A stretch of 64,000 bases of DNA from the human T2T-CHM13v2.0 reference genome, Homo sapiens, in assembly GCF_009914755.1 (NCBI RefSeq), contig NC_060938.1; one strand, 5' to 3'. The translations under genes were made by a program, and so were the position numbers. Shown here one piece after another: positions 15,101 through 31,630 of the stretch. The notes under the pieces are model-generated. The model saw only the letters and a program-made list of their open reading frames with translations. It did not search any database and had not been told where the DNA came from. Numbering within the stretch: position 1 is the first letter of the stretch; the number at the start of each line of letters is the position of its first letter.

Positions 15101-15413
15101 TGGCTGGGTGAGGTGGCTCATGCCTGTAATCCCAGCATTTTGGACGGCCAAGGCAAGCGGATCACTTGAGCCCAGGAGTTCAAAACCAGCCTGGCCAACA
15201 TGGTGAAACCCCATCTCTACTAAAAATACAAAAATTAGCCAGATATGGTGGTTTACACCTGTTGTCTCAGCTACTTGGGAGGTTGAGGTGGCAGATCGCT
15301 TGAGCCCAGGAGGCAGAGGTTGCAGTGAGCTGAGATCGTACCACTGCACCCCAGCCTGGGTGACAGAGCGAGACTCGGTCTCAAAAAAAAAAGAAAAGAA
15401 AAAAAAAAAAGAA
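15101..15413 (+). mobile_element. Alu
   Basis: Dimeric Alu, TSD AAGAAAGACCCTCATCT. Confidence 0.93.
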
Positions 15414-15650
15414 AAGAAAGACCCTCATCTGAGCCTGAGGAAAGAAAAGGGGGAGTTATGATGCGTGAGGATGCCCACAGTGTGTGGGAAGACGGTAAGG
15501 AAGTAAGTTGAAACAATAACTGATGAACTTATCTTCTCAATAAGGGAGGTCCTGAGATGGACCAAGGTAACAGACTGACCCATCTTCTCACTCATGGCCA
15601 CCACCCTGTGAAATGATACTGGGGACTTTAGTCTCAGTATAAGACAACCT

Positions 15651-15831
<181 letters not shown>

Positions 15832-16888
15832 GAACTGGATTGACACATGAGGTGACATAAAGAAGGGAGAGTGCCAGCCCCATGCCTGGCATGCAGCAGG
15901 CCACCTCAATGCTCATGAATTTCTTTTCCACCCTGCTATGGGTGACTGACCATGTGAGGCCCTGTGGGGAGACATAGACACGTAGGATCTGCAAGATTCT
16001 GGAAACTAAAAGCACTATGGACCTCCCACCTAGATATCTGGCCATTGCCTTCCTTGTATCCTGAGTTCTTCTCTAACCTTACAGCCTAATGGTGATAGGC
16101 TCCTATGAGCTCTTCCTAAGAGCCCAGGGCATGGTAGTCATTAGAGTGTTTGTAGAATGCTAGAAGGAGGTAGGAAATAAATCACTATAGTTTTTTGGGT
16201 TTTGGGCTTGGGAAATCAGAAACCTCAGTTTTGTCCCCAGTCCCAGTAGCAATATAGTTAATAGACTCCTCTTCCCCAAACGCCCATAGCATACCATTTG
16301 TAACTAAGAGAGTATACTTTGCTTTATTTTAGTCCTTTGTCCATTTTTTCTCTCACACTGCCTTTATGAAGCCTCAACCCTGTTCTTTCCCCCACTCAGT
16401 GTAACACAGGGCCTAGGACACAATAAGTGTTCCAGTTCAATATTCATGAAATGAAAAATGGCATTAGCCAAATTCCATCTCACTGCCTGTTTCTCCATCA
16501 ATCCATGGGAGGCTTGGGGAGGCCAGTCCTTTGCCATGGTCCACACAAGCATTTCCCAAATTCTTGGGCCTCCTGAGAAGCTCATGAAGCCCATGGTGGT
16601 GAAATTGAGTTGGCTGTCCCTACTCCGATGCCCCAGCCAGCAGCACTCAGCCATCACCCACCAGGATGAATTCCTCCACACCAGCTTCTGCTTCACTGGA
16701 ACAGTTTGCCCTAGGGTCAATTCCTCTCTCTCCCACCAGAGACCAGTGAGGCAGGGCAGGAGACACTCAGCAGTTTCCCTCGTGCGGGATCTCTAATAAG
16801 AGGCTGGCAGAAAAGTTCCTGTGCTTCCCATCCTCTGCCCAGCTCTAGGGTCTCAGGTGAGAGAATATCTGGCCTGTCTGGTTCACTC

Positions 16889-17188
16889 TTTTTTTTTTTT
16901 TTTTTTTGATAGAGTTTCACTCTTGTTGCCCATGCTGGAGTGCAATGGCATGATCTCAGCTCACTGCAACCTCTGCCTCAAGCAATTCTCCTGTCTCAGC
17001 CTCCCAAATAGCTGGGATTACAGGCATGTGCCACCACACCAGCTAATTTCTTTCTTTTTTTTTTTTTAAGTAGAGATGGGGTTTCACCATATTGGTCAGG
17101 CTGGTCTCGAACTCCTGACTTCAGGTGATACACCCTCCTCGGCCTCCCAAAGTGCTGGGATTACAAGCACACACCACCGCGCCAGGCC
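16889..17188 (-). mobile_element. AluS
   Basis: Poly(T) followed by antisense Alu. Confidence 0.92.
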
Positions 17189-17831
17189 AGGTACACTCTT
17201 TTCCCTAGTGATCAGGCATATTTATCTCCCCCAGATACCCAGGGTAAACCAACCTGGACCATCAGAAATCTCTACCTTAGATGGCTACCTTGAGGTCAGC
17301 TCTGGGAGCAGAGCTAGTCAGGCTTGAGAGCTGCCCAGCCTGGGCCCTCCAAGGAGGGCTGGGAGCTCTTCCCCATCTGTCTCTTGTTCCCAGCAAAAAT
17401 CAGAGCAACACACCCAAATCACAGCTGAGAATGTGAAGACCTAAATAAACGGAAAGCTGATTTATTATGTTCACAGATTGGAAGAATCAGTAACCCCCAA
17501 TTTGATGCCTAACCCTCCACCTCCCCCACAACACAGCATTGGCCTTACCAATTACAGCAGCCACTAGCTGAAAAGCCACTCTGTCCAGATCATTTCCATG
17601 GAAATGATGGGATAGCTTTCAGGGGCAGATATCCTTATGTGAGAAGCAGGACAAGGCAAGGAGACCTGAGCTCGCTGGGCTTCAGTTTACTTATCTGCAA
17701 AATGACAGGGCTGGATTCACCAGACAGTCTTTAAGCTCCTGGTAATAAAGTTCTGAGCACTGTTCTAAGAATGTCTTTCTGCAACTCCTCCTTTTTATCT
17801 CCAGTGAGAGGATGATTTGAATCTTCTGAAA

Positions 17832-18330
17832 CAATGTTTCTCTATCTTGAATACTAAGCAAGTTCCTTTTGAAAGGATACAAATCCTCACAAAGTTACTT
17901 AATTTTTATTTTAATGTTCCTTAAATGTGTATGAACATAAAACTAGGCACAACACTTCTTAACATTTGGGGTTTACAATCAACTACAAAATGAAAACAAG
18001 CTTACAAATTCTATTTAAAAGAAACTATAAAACCAGTAAGATTCAAATTAGCCACACTAATTTAAATGTAACTGTTGCTATTTGCTGAAACAAAATTGCT
18101 ACTCCCAGCATGATTTAATTCTGACTGTGATCAAGCAGGTGGTTCTTTCTGCGTTGGGGATGCCTATATCACCACGTGCCAGGCAATGACTCAATTCTCC
18201 TACCACTTTCTCTATTTGAACTACTGCATCAGGGCATCATTTAACCTTCACTTGATTGGAACACACTGTAATGAATCAAGTTCCCTCTGCTGTTTTCTCA
18301 TTAGCACTGAACAATTAAAGTTAAAAAAAA
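17832..18330 (-). mobile_element. Possible ancient hAT-Charlie remnant
   Basis: CAATGTTTCTCTATCTTGAATA resembles the Charlie TIR CAGTGTTTCTCAAAC; AT-rich body. Weak evidence. Confidence 0.3.
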
Positions 18331-19088
18331 ATTTTTTTTTGATCTTTGTACCAACAGGATCCTTTGCTCAAATTTCAATGTCCTTATCTATAACACAGAG
18401 AGAATCACCTCCATCCCACCTACCTCACAGGATGGCTGTGCACATTCATTCATTCAGTCAACTATTTTTTATTGAGTATCTACTATGTGCCAGACACTGT
18501 TTTGCCACAGATGATGTAGCAGTGACCAGAATGGATACAAGTCCCTACCTCATGGAACTTACATTTCAACTGGGAGAGCCTGGTAAGAAAATAAAGAAGT
18601 AAAATAATATGATAGTGTTAAGCTCTAAGGAAAGAATGTATATATAAAGCAGAGAAGGGGAATTGAGAATTTGGGGAGAGGTAGAGGGAGGTTACATATT
18701 TTAAATGGGGTGTTCAGGGAAGGTTTGTTGAGTAGGTAACATTGAAGACCTAAAGGGGTGAGAAAACATGAGCATTCCAGGAGCAGCCAAGAGGTCACAG
18801 TAGCTAGCAAGAAATAATGCACATGAGACACACACTGAAAAGTACAATGCAAATGTGGGTCTAATAGATAACTGCTGTTTTGCTGCCCAGCAACCATTTC
18901 CCCCTCCTGGCAACCATACCTTGATATTCCTCTGGGAGGGCACTTCCCCTGCTCCAATCCCTGGGCTTCAGGGAGAGTTGACCCCACCCCTAGTCAACAG
19001 GGCTGGGCAAATGACAGGCCTAGCCAATCAGAGCACACGATTGGCTTAGGGCATGGGACCCAGTCTGAATGAAGGACACACAATGAAA

Positions 19089-19520
<432 letters not shown>

Positions 19521-21268
19521 TTAATTTTTTTTTTTGAGACTTTTCTCCTCCAAGATCCTCCCTCTCTTCATGTAAGGTGAAGGGGTGGAATTGCTACAGT
19601 CCTACCAAGCAATGCTCAGTGAGATCTGAGATGACTCTAGACAGGAAAGGGCAGTCCAAACTCCTGTGGGGCCTAGTAACTGTTCAGGAGCCCAGAGCCC
19701 AGGGCCCCACTCCACCTGGCATGCTGCATGCTTGGTGACCAAGGCAGGCCTCTGCCCTGAACTGAGTGAGTGCCTACTCTCTGTGGCTGGTCCAGCCTCT
19801 CAGGGTGGAGAGTCCTGCACTCAAAAAGATGCTGAGATGAGCTTTTACACCATGGGACTTACCCTGCACATATTCAAGTTAAATTTCAGCTGCCATCCTT
19901 GCCTGAGTCCCAGAGGAGATCAGTTTCATCTGGAGTTTCTCATAGGCCCCCCCCCACACCTTGGCCTTGGCCAGCTGAAAAGTGTTTAGATCAATAGCAA
20001 GCCTCATCAACTCTTTTCCACCCCCAACCCTTACTAAGTGCATCAGACAACAGAAGCCCCAGGGCTGACCTTTGCAGCATCCATTGTCATAGCAGTTATT
20101 ACAGACACAAATAATAGGTAGTATAATAATCTGTGGTTAAATGTCCTTTAACCAGAGGGCTCAGAGCACTCTGGGAACATTACCTCATGCCCCTCCTGAC
20201 ACTCCTGCCCACATGCCTTTTCTTCAAGACCCTCAAGTCCCTCTTCCAGGCTCCTGCCTTCTGGAAAGCCCTCCTCCACATTTCCTCTAACTCCATCTCA
20301 GCACAGCTTAACAGCATGGTTCCCAGGTCTTACCCAGGAGCTGCCCTGAGTGACAGCCTCATGGAGGAAGTTGTTCAGGTCTCAAAGATCTTCTTATCTC
20401 CCACCATGGCCTATAATCCTGAGCATGTCCCATCACTGACCTATTTTCTATATGCTCAGAAGCAAGAATTATTAACAGTGGATGTGTTGAAGTGTTTTCA
20501 ACTACTAAAAATGGGGGAAATAAGATAAATATAATTTTGAAGCTGGTAAGGGGCTTGCTGCAGTTGTCGGTCCTCCCCATTTCTGGTTGGCCACAGGTGC
20601 AATTTGCAGACATCATCTGCAAATAAAAGCTTTCTTACAAAATTCTTTCCCTTAAGGTACATGTAAACTTGGTTTGTTGGATGCTGCTATTCGTTTCTTT
20701 CTTGCTTTCTTTCTTCTGCTTCTTTCTTCCTTTCTTTCCTTCCTCCCTTTTTTCCATCATCTAAAAATCAGAATTCCTTTGAGCTGGAGCTGAAAAAAAA
20801 GAATGAATGAATGAATAAATAAATAAGAAAAAAGAAAGAAAAATCAGATTACATTTGCTGTCATACCAGAACTACCCAGTCTATGGCCAAGAAAAAGTTA
20901 ACCTATCCCCCCACTGGGAAACTCTAAAACATTTTAGGAGCCACAGAAGATCACAATGTGTGGACCCATCAAACAGCTTTTCTTGAATTGCTTTGGAAAT
21001 AAACCTGCAGGGAGGAGGCAATTATCTGGAATGAGAAAGGAATGTACAAGGAGGTGGGGAGAGAAATGGAGATTAAAAAGACCTAGTCTTTTTCATATCC
21101 AGAGGCACCTGACTTAGAAAAAAAAAATAAGTCAAAATAAAAAATAAAAAAAAGACCTAGTCTTTTTCATATACAGCCTTCTCTCTGAAACAATGGTTGT
21201 GGCTTGACAGCAAAATGGAAATAATGTGGGTTCTGAAATATTTTCAACTCTTTAAAAAGGAAAGGACT

Positions 21269-21580
21269 GGCCAGGTGCAGTGGCTCACGCCTGTAATCCC
21301 AGCACTTTGGGAGGCCGAGGTGGGCAGATCACCTGAGGTCAGGAATTCGAGACCAGCCTGGCCAACATGGCGAAACCCTGTCTCTACTGAAAATACAAAA
21401 ATTAGCTGGGTTTGGTGGCACGCATCTGTAACCCCAGCTACTCAGGAGCCTGAGGCAGGAGAATCGCTTGAACCGGGGAGGCAGAAGTTGCAGTAAGCTG
21501 AGATCGTGCCACTGCACTTCAGCCTGGGAGACAGAGTGAGACTCCATCTCAAAAAAATAATAATAAAAATAAATAAATAA
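21269..21580 (+). mobile_element. AluSx-like
   Basis: Dimeric Alu, TSD AAGGAAAGGACT. Confidence 0.93.
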
Positions 21581-22275
21581 GGAAAGGACTGTAGAACAGG
21601 GAAGGCCAGTGCCTGTGTTTAACTCATCTGTGAATATCCATTTGCGTAGCTCCCTGTGAAAGAATCAGAGATTGTAGATCCAGGCATATACTGGACGAGG
21701 TGGGGAGGGGGCTGAAGTGGGAGCTCTACCTGGACAAGATGAGCTGCAGAATGCACGAAACATGGGGAGAATGGAGCGGGCAAGGAGAGCAGAGCGAGAA
21801 TGAGCAAAATCCAGGTGCTGCTGTTAGAGAGGTAAAGGCAGTGCACACCTGAGTCATGTCAATGGCCCATCATCAGGAGAGCACGCTTTAATCCAAAGCT
21901 AAATTGGGAAGAACCTAGAGCCCAGAAGAGAAACACTCTGTTTTTTCAGGCTTCTCAGGGGCTGGAGACAGCTAATCATGAGTCTAGGAGTAGCCCCTTG
22001 AGGGTTGGGTTCTCAAGGAGGGTCCTGTGCTTGAGAAAGGGAGTTCCCAGAAAAGGCTATATAATTTAATAAATTAAACTCACTTTCAAGTCTTGCTCTA
22101 CCAAGGACACTGACACTGACCTTGAACAAGCCATAGAACTTTTTTCAGGGCTGGCCACATATGCAGTGGCTTTGACGTGAACATTTTCTTATCTGTAAAA
22201 TGGGAAGATTAGCAATATCTGTGAGACAAGGTGTATTAGGGTGCTTCTGAGAAACAGAACCAATGGGATGTGTGA

Positions 22276-22614
<339 letters not shown>

Positions 22615-23199
22615 TAATTTGCTGCTTCTAGTCTGCCCAGTTTGGTAACCAGATAACCAGGCTTGTTAGGAAGGCGTGGAAGAAAGGGAGAAGTATTAAA
22701 TCGACCAATTCAATGTACCTCCAAATTCAAATTGGAGCCCCGGAGGCAAATTACAAGGAGGCAGATTTTGGCTCAGGCTAAGAACTGAGGCCATGTCTTC
22801 ATGACCAGCCTATGTACCACACACGATGAGCAGTTTGTGTAAATTTTTATTGAGTATGCCTAATTTTGCCCACCTCGAGGACTTACCTAGTTTAGTTGAC
22901 TTTGCTACAAATAGTTTTTGGCTGTTTCCAGAAGTCAAATCCATTCCCAAGAGTTATCTCAGTGCCACTTCCTATAATAGCAAGTTCCCTAACCTCTCTG
23001 AGTTACCCAGCTTCCTGCCTATGAAGGTCTTGGTGATCACTCATTTGCCACACTGTGGAGAGATTTCAATGAAATAATGAAAGAGTGTGACAGCTCTGGA
23101 TCGCACTGGCTGAAACTGATCAAAGCTATACCCTTACGACGGCAGTGAGATCTTAAAGGACTGCGTTCATTCCCGGCTCTGAAAGTCATTCTAACCCTG

Positions 23200-23370
23200 G
23201 TTTTGAAGTCAGATGACCTGAGTTCAGCCTTATCACCCAGTAGCGATGTGACTCTCTGAACCTCAGTTTCCTCATCTGTTATTGAGGCTGTGAAGGTCAA
23301 ATGGGCTAATACCCATAGGCCCCTTAGCACAGAGCCTAACATTTGGCAGACGCTCCATAAATGTTGATAC
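23200..23370 (+). mobile_element. MIR
   Basis: CTCTCTGAACCTCAGTTTCCTCATCTG core. Confidence 0.6.
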
Positions 23371-24158
23371 CTTTGTTAATTACCCTTGAAATAAACCTAT
23401 AGCCTACGTAGGTGATGATTTTGAAGGGAATGCTTATTTGGATATGTAAGTCTGGAGCATTTGTTATGAAACCAGCCCACCAGTCTGTGGTCATAGCTCA
23501 CCCATAGGTTCTTTGACTTCCATTCAAGTCCAGGTCCCGGGCTCTGGGAGTTCTGCTCCTGCAGCGCTTGTCTGGATGTGAGAACAGAAGCCAAGGGAAG
23601 TATTTGCTTTGCAACAAAATAAAAAAGGGGACAAGGATGCATTTCTGGAGGCGCTCACCATTTTACAGAAAGGAGTCATCTGTTTCTCATAAGGTGGGGT
23701 GTGGGAAGTGGAATCTATTCTCCTGGCCTGTCTGGAGTAGCTCCTTACTAGTCTGGCCACAGCTCCTGCAGGTCAGGACCAGGCCCCACCACAGCCAGGG
23801 CTACACTTTGAAAACGGACTTGAATTTCTTTTGGGTCTTCAAAGGTTAGGCTGGAAGCCTCTCCAGTTGCTCCCATCCTCTCCTCCATAACTGAATGGAT
23901 ATGTGTGCGCCTGGATGTGTGAAAGCACGGAAGAGTGGGAGGACATTGTGGGGGAAGGTGTCCAGGTGAGGCCTCAGTTCCTGGCTCTGGAAAAGACTAC
24001 ATTCACCCTGAATTAACTTTCTAAAGGCTTTTTAAGCTCTCCAGTTCCTCTCTGTGGGACTCAAGAAATCACTTTCCTGATTCAGCTGAAAGGACCAGCC
24101 TGGTTGCAGAAGCACCCACGCAGAACCACATCTTGGACCATTATTAAAAAGGAAAAGG

Positions 24159-24444
<286 letters not shown>

Positions 24445-25267
24445 GTGGGAGGTGGGGAAAGGTGCTTTTCTATAGAAGTTTTGTTTCTACCTTTTGAGGC
24501 TTCGAGTTTATGATTTGTTCCTAGCATATCATCATTTCATTCAATTTCACTTCAAAAAACAAAAAAGGCACCCACAGTTTAGAGTTTTTATTTTCTTCCT
24601 TTATTTATTATTTTGCATTTATTTTGTTTTTTATTGAGTCAAGGCATGGACTAAGCGAGGTTCAGAAGCCCTACTGAATGCTGATGTTCCCAAATGCTTC
24701 CCTTAGGCTTCTTGATGCTGAGGGGGACAGATCATGGTAAGTGAGGCAGGAAAGCCCCCTCCCCACCCACCAGCCACTCCCCAGCCATTCAGTCCCCACC
24801 CCTACCCCCAGTAGAAGGGAAGCCAGCTGGTGGAGGTGGGGTGGGGAAAGTGGAGTTGCCACAGCTTGTTGCAAATGGAAGATGGATGTCAGCGGCTGTC
24901 AGTACCACATCTCTCAGCAGCCTCAAATTACTGCCCCAGGATTTATATGAAAAGAGATGGGAAGTGTGGAGAGACAGAACTCATAATACTTGCAGGTTAA
25001 TAAGGATTGTGTGTCTGCTTCCCTGAGGAACTCCTGACCTCATTGTTATGCCTCGGAGGGCCAAGGGAAGGTCTGGTCAGGTGGGCTTATCTGCCTTTGC
25101 CAAGAATGCACTACCCTCCCAGAAGAGGACAGGAATCTAACATTTCATGAGCTCGTCCCATGAGCCAACATTGAGCTAAGAGCATCACACATTCTCTCAT
25201 TAAATATTCACCACAAACATGTGCAATACGTGTTATTATCCCAGAGGAGGGGCACCTGAGACTCAGG

Positions 25268-25640
25268 CTGTACATTGGACAGAATAGGTTAGGTTGTGCT
25301 GCAGTAACAAACAGTTCTAAGAATCTCAGTGGTTTTACACAACTGGTGTGTATTTCCCCTTCACACAGCCACCTTCCAAGCAGGGACTCAGTGATCCTGG
25401 TTGCTGTGATCTTTGGGTCTCCCAGTGTCAACACAAGGCCTCCTCTACAATTGCCATGAGAGGGGAAGAGAGAGAATGGAGAATCATGCATGAGTGTGTT
25501 TCACTAGCCTGGAAGTGAACTTCATCTATCATTTCATTGGTCAGAACTAGTCCACATGGCTCTACTCAACAGCAAGGGAGCTGAGAGGTACAGTCTCCCA
25601 TGTGCTGGGAAGGGGAGGAGGTCTATTGGTGAACCAAGTT
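25268..25640 (-). mobile_element. Old MLT1 (J/K-like) LTR
   Basis: GGTTAGGTTGTGCTGCAGTAACAAACA...AATCTCAGTGG...TCATTGGTCAGAACTAGT. Confidence 0.6.
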
Positions 25641-26302
25641 CTGCCTAAAGCCAAAGCCCGAGGTCTGTCCATGACACTCAGGGCCAATGAGAGGAATCCC
25701 TTCCTTCCAGCCTCAGCCAGCAAGCATTGTGTGAGAGTGTCCCTTGAGTGACTTTGCTGGGCACACTTGAAGTCATCACATTACAGCTGTAGGCCCTTGT
25801 TGTTCCACAAAACCCCACCATCTTCAAAGCTTTTTAATTGTACATTGGTTCACCAAATCCCCAAAACACCACAAGGAAGTGGGCAGGGCAGTTATTCATA
25901 GGCCCCCTTTTCTAGCTCAAGAAACTGAAATCAGGAAGGTTACGAGACTTGACATGCTCAGGGCTAGCAATTGAAACACCCAGACTATAACCTACGTCTT
26001 TGAAAGCTTCCCAATACATCCAACTTTCTGTAATTTTAGAATCTGAAAAGACCACTCTTTCCCTCAAAAAATATCTCTTTGACCACCTCGCTAATGCCTA
26101 AAATTCCACCATTGAAATGCCATGCCTTCGGTGGACCCTCCTCTACAGGAAATGAAAGTAAGAGGGAAGTCATCATTAATGTGCATTAAACAATTAAACT
26201 ATAAAATCAAATAACCTTAAGTTCAAAAACATTTGAGATAGAATTTAGAGAATGTGCTGTTTTATGATAACCTCAAAAAGAAAAAGAAAAAAAAGAATTT
26301 AG

Positions 26303-26639
<337 letters not shown>

Positions 26640-27159
26640 TCAGAGTGAAAGGTCCAGTCAAGGCAGGCTCTATTGAGAATCTGCTGGCCCTGGTGAGATG
26701 TGGATGGAAGATGGAAACTCTAAAGTCCCTTTTCTCATCCTTTTGACCCCTGATCCCACTCCTCAGGGATAATGACTGCTAACAGTTGGTCACATGATAT
26801 ATATTCATTTTGGAAAGGGAAACTCCATTCCAGATGACAATTCCCTCCCAATTCTCTTTCCTCTATTCTATCCTATTGCATTCAAAAATCTGCAGAGTGC
26901 CTTTCTGTTTACTATTTTGTTTAATTCTGTGAGCAATTCTACTAGGAAATTGAGAGGTTGGGTGGATCTCTCTTCCTGTATGACAAAAAACTGAAACCTA
27001 CCGAGGCTAAAGTAACTTATCTAATATCAGAGCAAACCAGTGACTGAACTTGAATAAAGAAGCAAAAATGTCAAAGAGTAATAATCATCAATCTTCATGA
27101 GCATGTGGTGAAGCTGCCACATTTATAGCTACCTGATGATGTAAAAATTAGTAAATTTT

Positions 27160-27472
27160 GCCAGGCGCGGTGGCTCACGCCTGTAATCCCAGCACTTTGG
27201 GAGGCTGAGGAGGGCGGATCACAAGGTCAGGAGATTGAGACCATCCTGGCTAACACAGTGAAACCCATCTCTACTAAAAATACAAAAAAAAAAATTAGCC
27301 GGGCGTGGTGGCGGACGCCTGTAGTCCCAGCTACTCAGGAGGCTGAGGCAGGAGAATGGCGTGAACCTGGGAGGCGGGGCTTGCAGTGAGCCGAGATTGC
27401 GCCACTGTGCTCCAGCCTGCGTGACAGAGCAAGACTCCGTCTCAAAAAAAAAAAAGAAAAAGAAAAAGAAAA
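27160..27472 (+). mobile_element. AluY
   Basis: GAGACCATCCTGGCTAACAC and GGAGAATGGCGTGAACC diagnostics. TSD AAAAATTAGTAAATT. Confidence 0.9.
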
Positions 27473-27500
27473 ATTAGTAAATTGTGTAAAACCCACAGCT

Positions 27501-27810
27501 GGCCAAGTGTGGTGGCTCACGCCTGTAATCCTAGCATTTTGGGAGGCTGAATCCAGAGGATCACTTGAGCCCAGGAGTTCCAGACCAGCCCGGGCAATGT
27601 GACAAGACCTCATCTCTACAAAAAATACAAAAATTAGTCTAGCGAGGTGGCGCGTGTCTGTGGTCCCAGCTACTTAGGGGGCCGAGGTGGGAGAATCACC
27701 TGAACCTGGGAGGTCAAGGCTGCAGGGATCTGTGATCATGCCACTGCACTCCAGCCTGGGCAACAGAGTGAGTCACACACACACACAAACACACACACAC
27801 ACACACACAC
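27501..27810 (+). mobile_element. AluJ with (CA)n tail
   Basis: Dimeric Alu followed by (CA)n at 27774-27810. Confidence 0.9.
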
Positions 27811-27978
27811 AATAAAAATAAAAAATCCAAGGCTTTATTATAAAATATTTAGTATATATAACATAATTTGTGTAATGCATATATAGTATTTAGAATAATA
27901 AAACAACATTATTTACCACCCTGCTTATTACCAATGTCCTAAAATGCTACGTCTCTTTAAGTTATAAAAATAATATGT

Positions 27979-28317
<339 letters not shown>

Positions 28318-28349
28318 TCAAGTCATACAAAAGATGGAAACTTTTTAAA

Positions 28350-28530
28350 ATTTATTTATTTATTTATTTATTTATTTTAGAAACCGGGTCTCACTCTGTC
28401 ACCCAGGCTGGCGTGCTGTGGCGCAATCATAGCTCACTGCAGCCTCGACCTCCTGGGCTCAAGCAATGTTCCCTCCTACCTCAGCCTCCCAAGTAGCTGG
28501 GATTGCAGGTGTGAGCCACCCTACCTGGCT
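28350..28530 (-). mobile_element. Alu monomer (FRAM/FAM-like)
   Basis: ~150-bp monomer with (TTTA)n tail, TSD AAGATGGAAACTTT. Confidence 0.85.
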
Positions 28531-28739
28531 CAGAAGATGGAAACTTTAAAATCCCTTTACTCATGCTGTTGACCCCTGCATCCCACTCCCCAAGGATAAT
28601 GACTGCTAACAATTAGCTACATGATATATATTCATTTTGGAAAGCAATCCACCAATATATATTGAAAGTCATAAATATGTTTGTAACTTCTGGTCCTATT
28701 ACCCACTCCGGGAATTCATTCCAAGAAAAGACCTCCCAG

Positions 28740-29150
28740 TCTTCCCTCCTTTTCTATAAAAATGGTCAAGTTCATTCCCACACAAGTCTTTCTCTTTGCT
28801 GTTTTCTGTCTGGAAACCTGTTCCCCTGGATTTGCTCATGATCTGATGTCCAGTGAGGTCCAGCTCAAATGCCACCACCTCTGAGAGGCCACCCACGGTC
28901 ACCTGTCTATACTTGTTCCCTCCCCCCTACATCACTGCCTTTTACTTTACCCTGCACTAATTTTTCCTTGCATCTACCATTCTCTGAGGTCACCTTGTTT
29001 AATTGCCAGTTCACTAATTTGTTCTATCTCCTCTCCTACCCCATCATAAGTCCCTTGAGAGAGGGCCTTTGTTGCCTGCCTTGCTGTCTGCTGCGCCCCC
29101 AGTACCTGGCACACAGTAAGAATGCAGGTCGTAGTTGAAAGGATATGTCT
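28740..29150 (+). mobile_element. L2 3' fragment
   Basis: TCAAATGCCACCACCTCTGAGAGGCC...AAGTCCCTTGAGAGAGGG...GTACCTGGCACACAGTAAG. Confidence 0.65.
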
Positions 29151-29752
29151 GTTCATGAAGCTACTCAAGTAAGGGATGTTATTTGACTCACCTCGAAACC
29201 CAGGCAGCTACTTCTGCAGAGAAATAGTTCTTGCAGGCTTCCAAGACCCTAAGGAACCACTGTGTGGGATGTCAGACAGGCCTAATGGCCATGCCGTCAT
29301 TTCTCCCAACAGAATGGGTGCCTTTCAGATGTAGACGCAGCAAAGCCAACAGTCTGTCCTCTCTCTAAACCCTCTTTATTCTTGGCTTCTAAAACAAAGA
29401 AGAGGTAAAGAAAATCCACGGGGCCAGGGCTCTGTCAAAGAACACCCAGGCTGCACTTAATTAAGATGAATAATTTAAAGACTCTCAAGTCAGACAATGG
29501 AAACATTAAGAGTTTCCACCAAAACATAAACTTGGCCAAGTGGGCCAGGTCTCCAGAAGCCTCCAAGGACATTCTCAGAAATGGAGGGATGGTGTCTTGC
29601 TTAGCCCGGGGGTGGGGAGTGGAGTTTTGGGTGGAGAGAAGGTATGAGAAAGGAAAACCTGAATTCTCATCTGGGCTCCACAAACACATGCTAGGTTGTT
29701 TAGGCTGTGTGACTCTCCCTAACTTGTTTCCTTATAATGAAATAAAACATGT

Positions 29753-30187
<435 letters not shown>

Positions 30188-30295
30188 TTATCACAATAAA
30201 AATGTGATTTACTATATATTGCCTTACATATTGCTTTTTTCATCTAATAATATGTTGTGAACATTTTCTTATGCCATTAAATACTATTCGACATG

Positions 30296-30692
<397 letters not shown>

Positions 30693-30714
30693 TAAGTAGC
30701 ACGGCAATGACCAT

Positions 30715-30715
<1 letters not shown>

Positions 30716-30750
<35 letters not shown>

Positions 30751-31039
30751 TTAGACAGGGTCTCACTCTGTCACCCAGGCTAGACTGCAGTGGCACAGTC
30801 TTGGCTCACTACAATCTCCACTTCCCCGGCCCCAGCAATCCTCTCACTCAGCCTCCTGCGTAGCTTGGACTACAGGCATGTGCCACCACGCCCAGCTATT
30901 TTTTTGTGTGTTTTTTGTGTAGACACAGGGTGTCACCATGTTGCCCAGGGTGGTCTAGAACTCCTGAACTCAAAGCGATCTGCCCACCTCAGCCTCCCAG
31001 AAAGCTGGGATTACAGGTGTGAGCCACAAATGCCTGGCC
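30716..31039 (-). mobile_element. AluJ with (GTT)n tail
   Basis: Antisense Alu, TSD GCAATGAC. Confidence 0.9.
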
Positions 31040-31258
31040 AGCAATGACTATTTCTGAAATGGATACATGATTATTTCCTTTGAACTAATTCCCAGAAGTT
31101 GAATTTCTGTGTTAAACAGATACAAAATCCTAAGGGTTTTTATATGCAGCTTTTTTAGACAGCACATTTATTAGTTTGTAGAGCATGAATGAATATGGTC
31201 TGCTATCTTATTTTTTTGGTCTCTTCACCTCTATTTTTACTGAGCGTTGTGACGTTGA

Positions 31259-31630
<372 letters not shown>

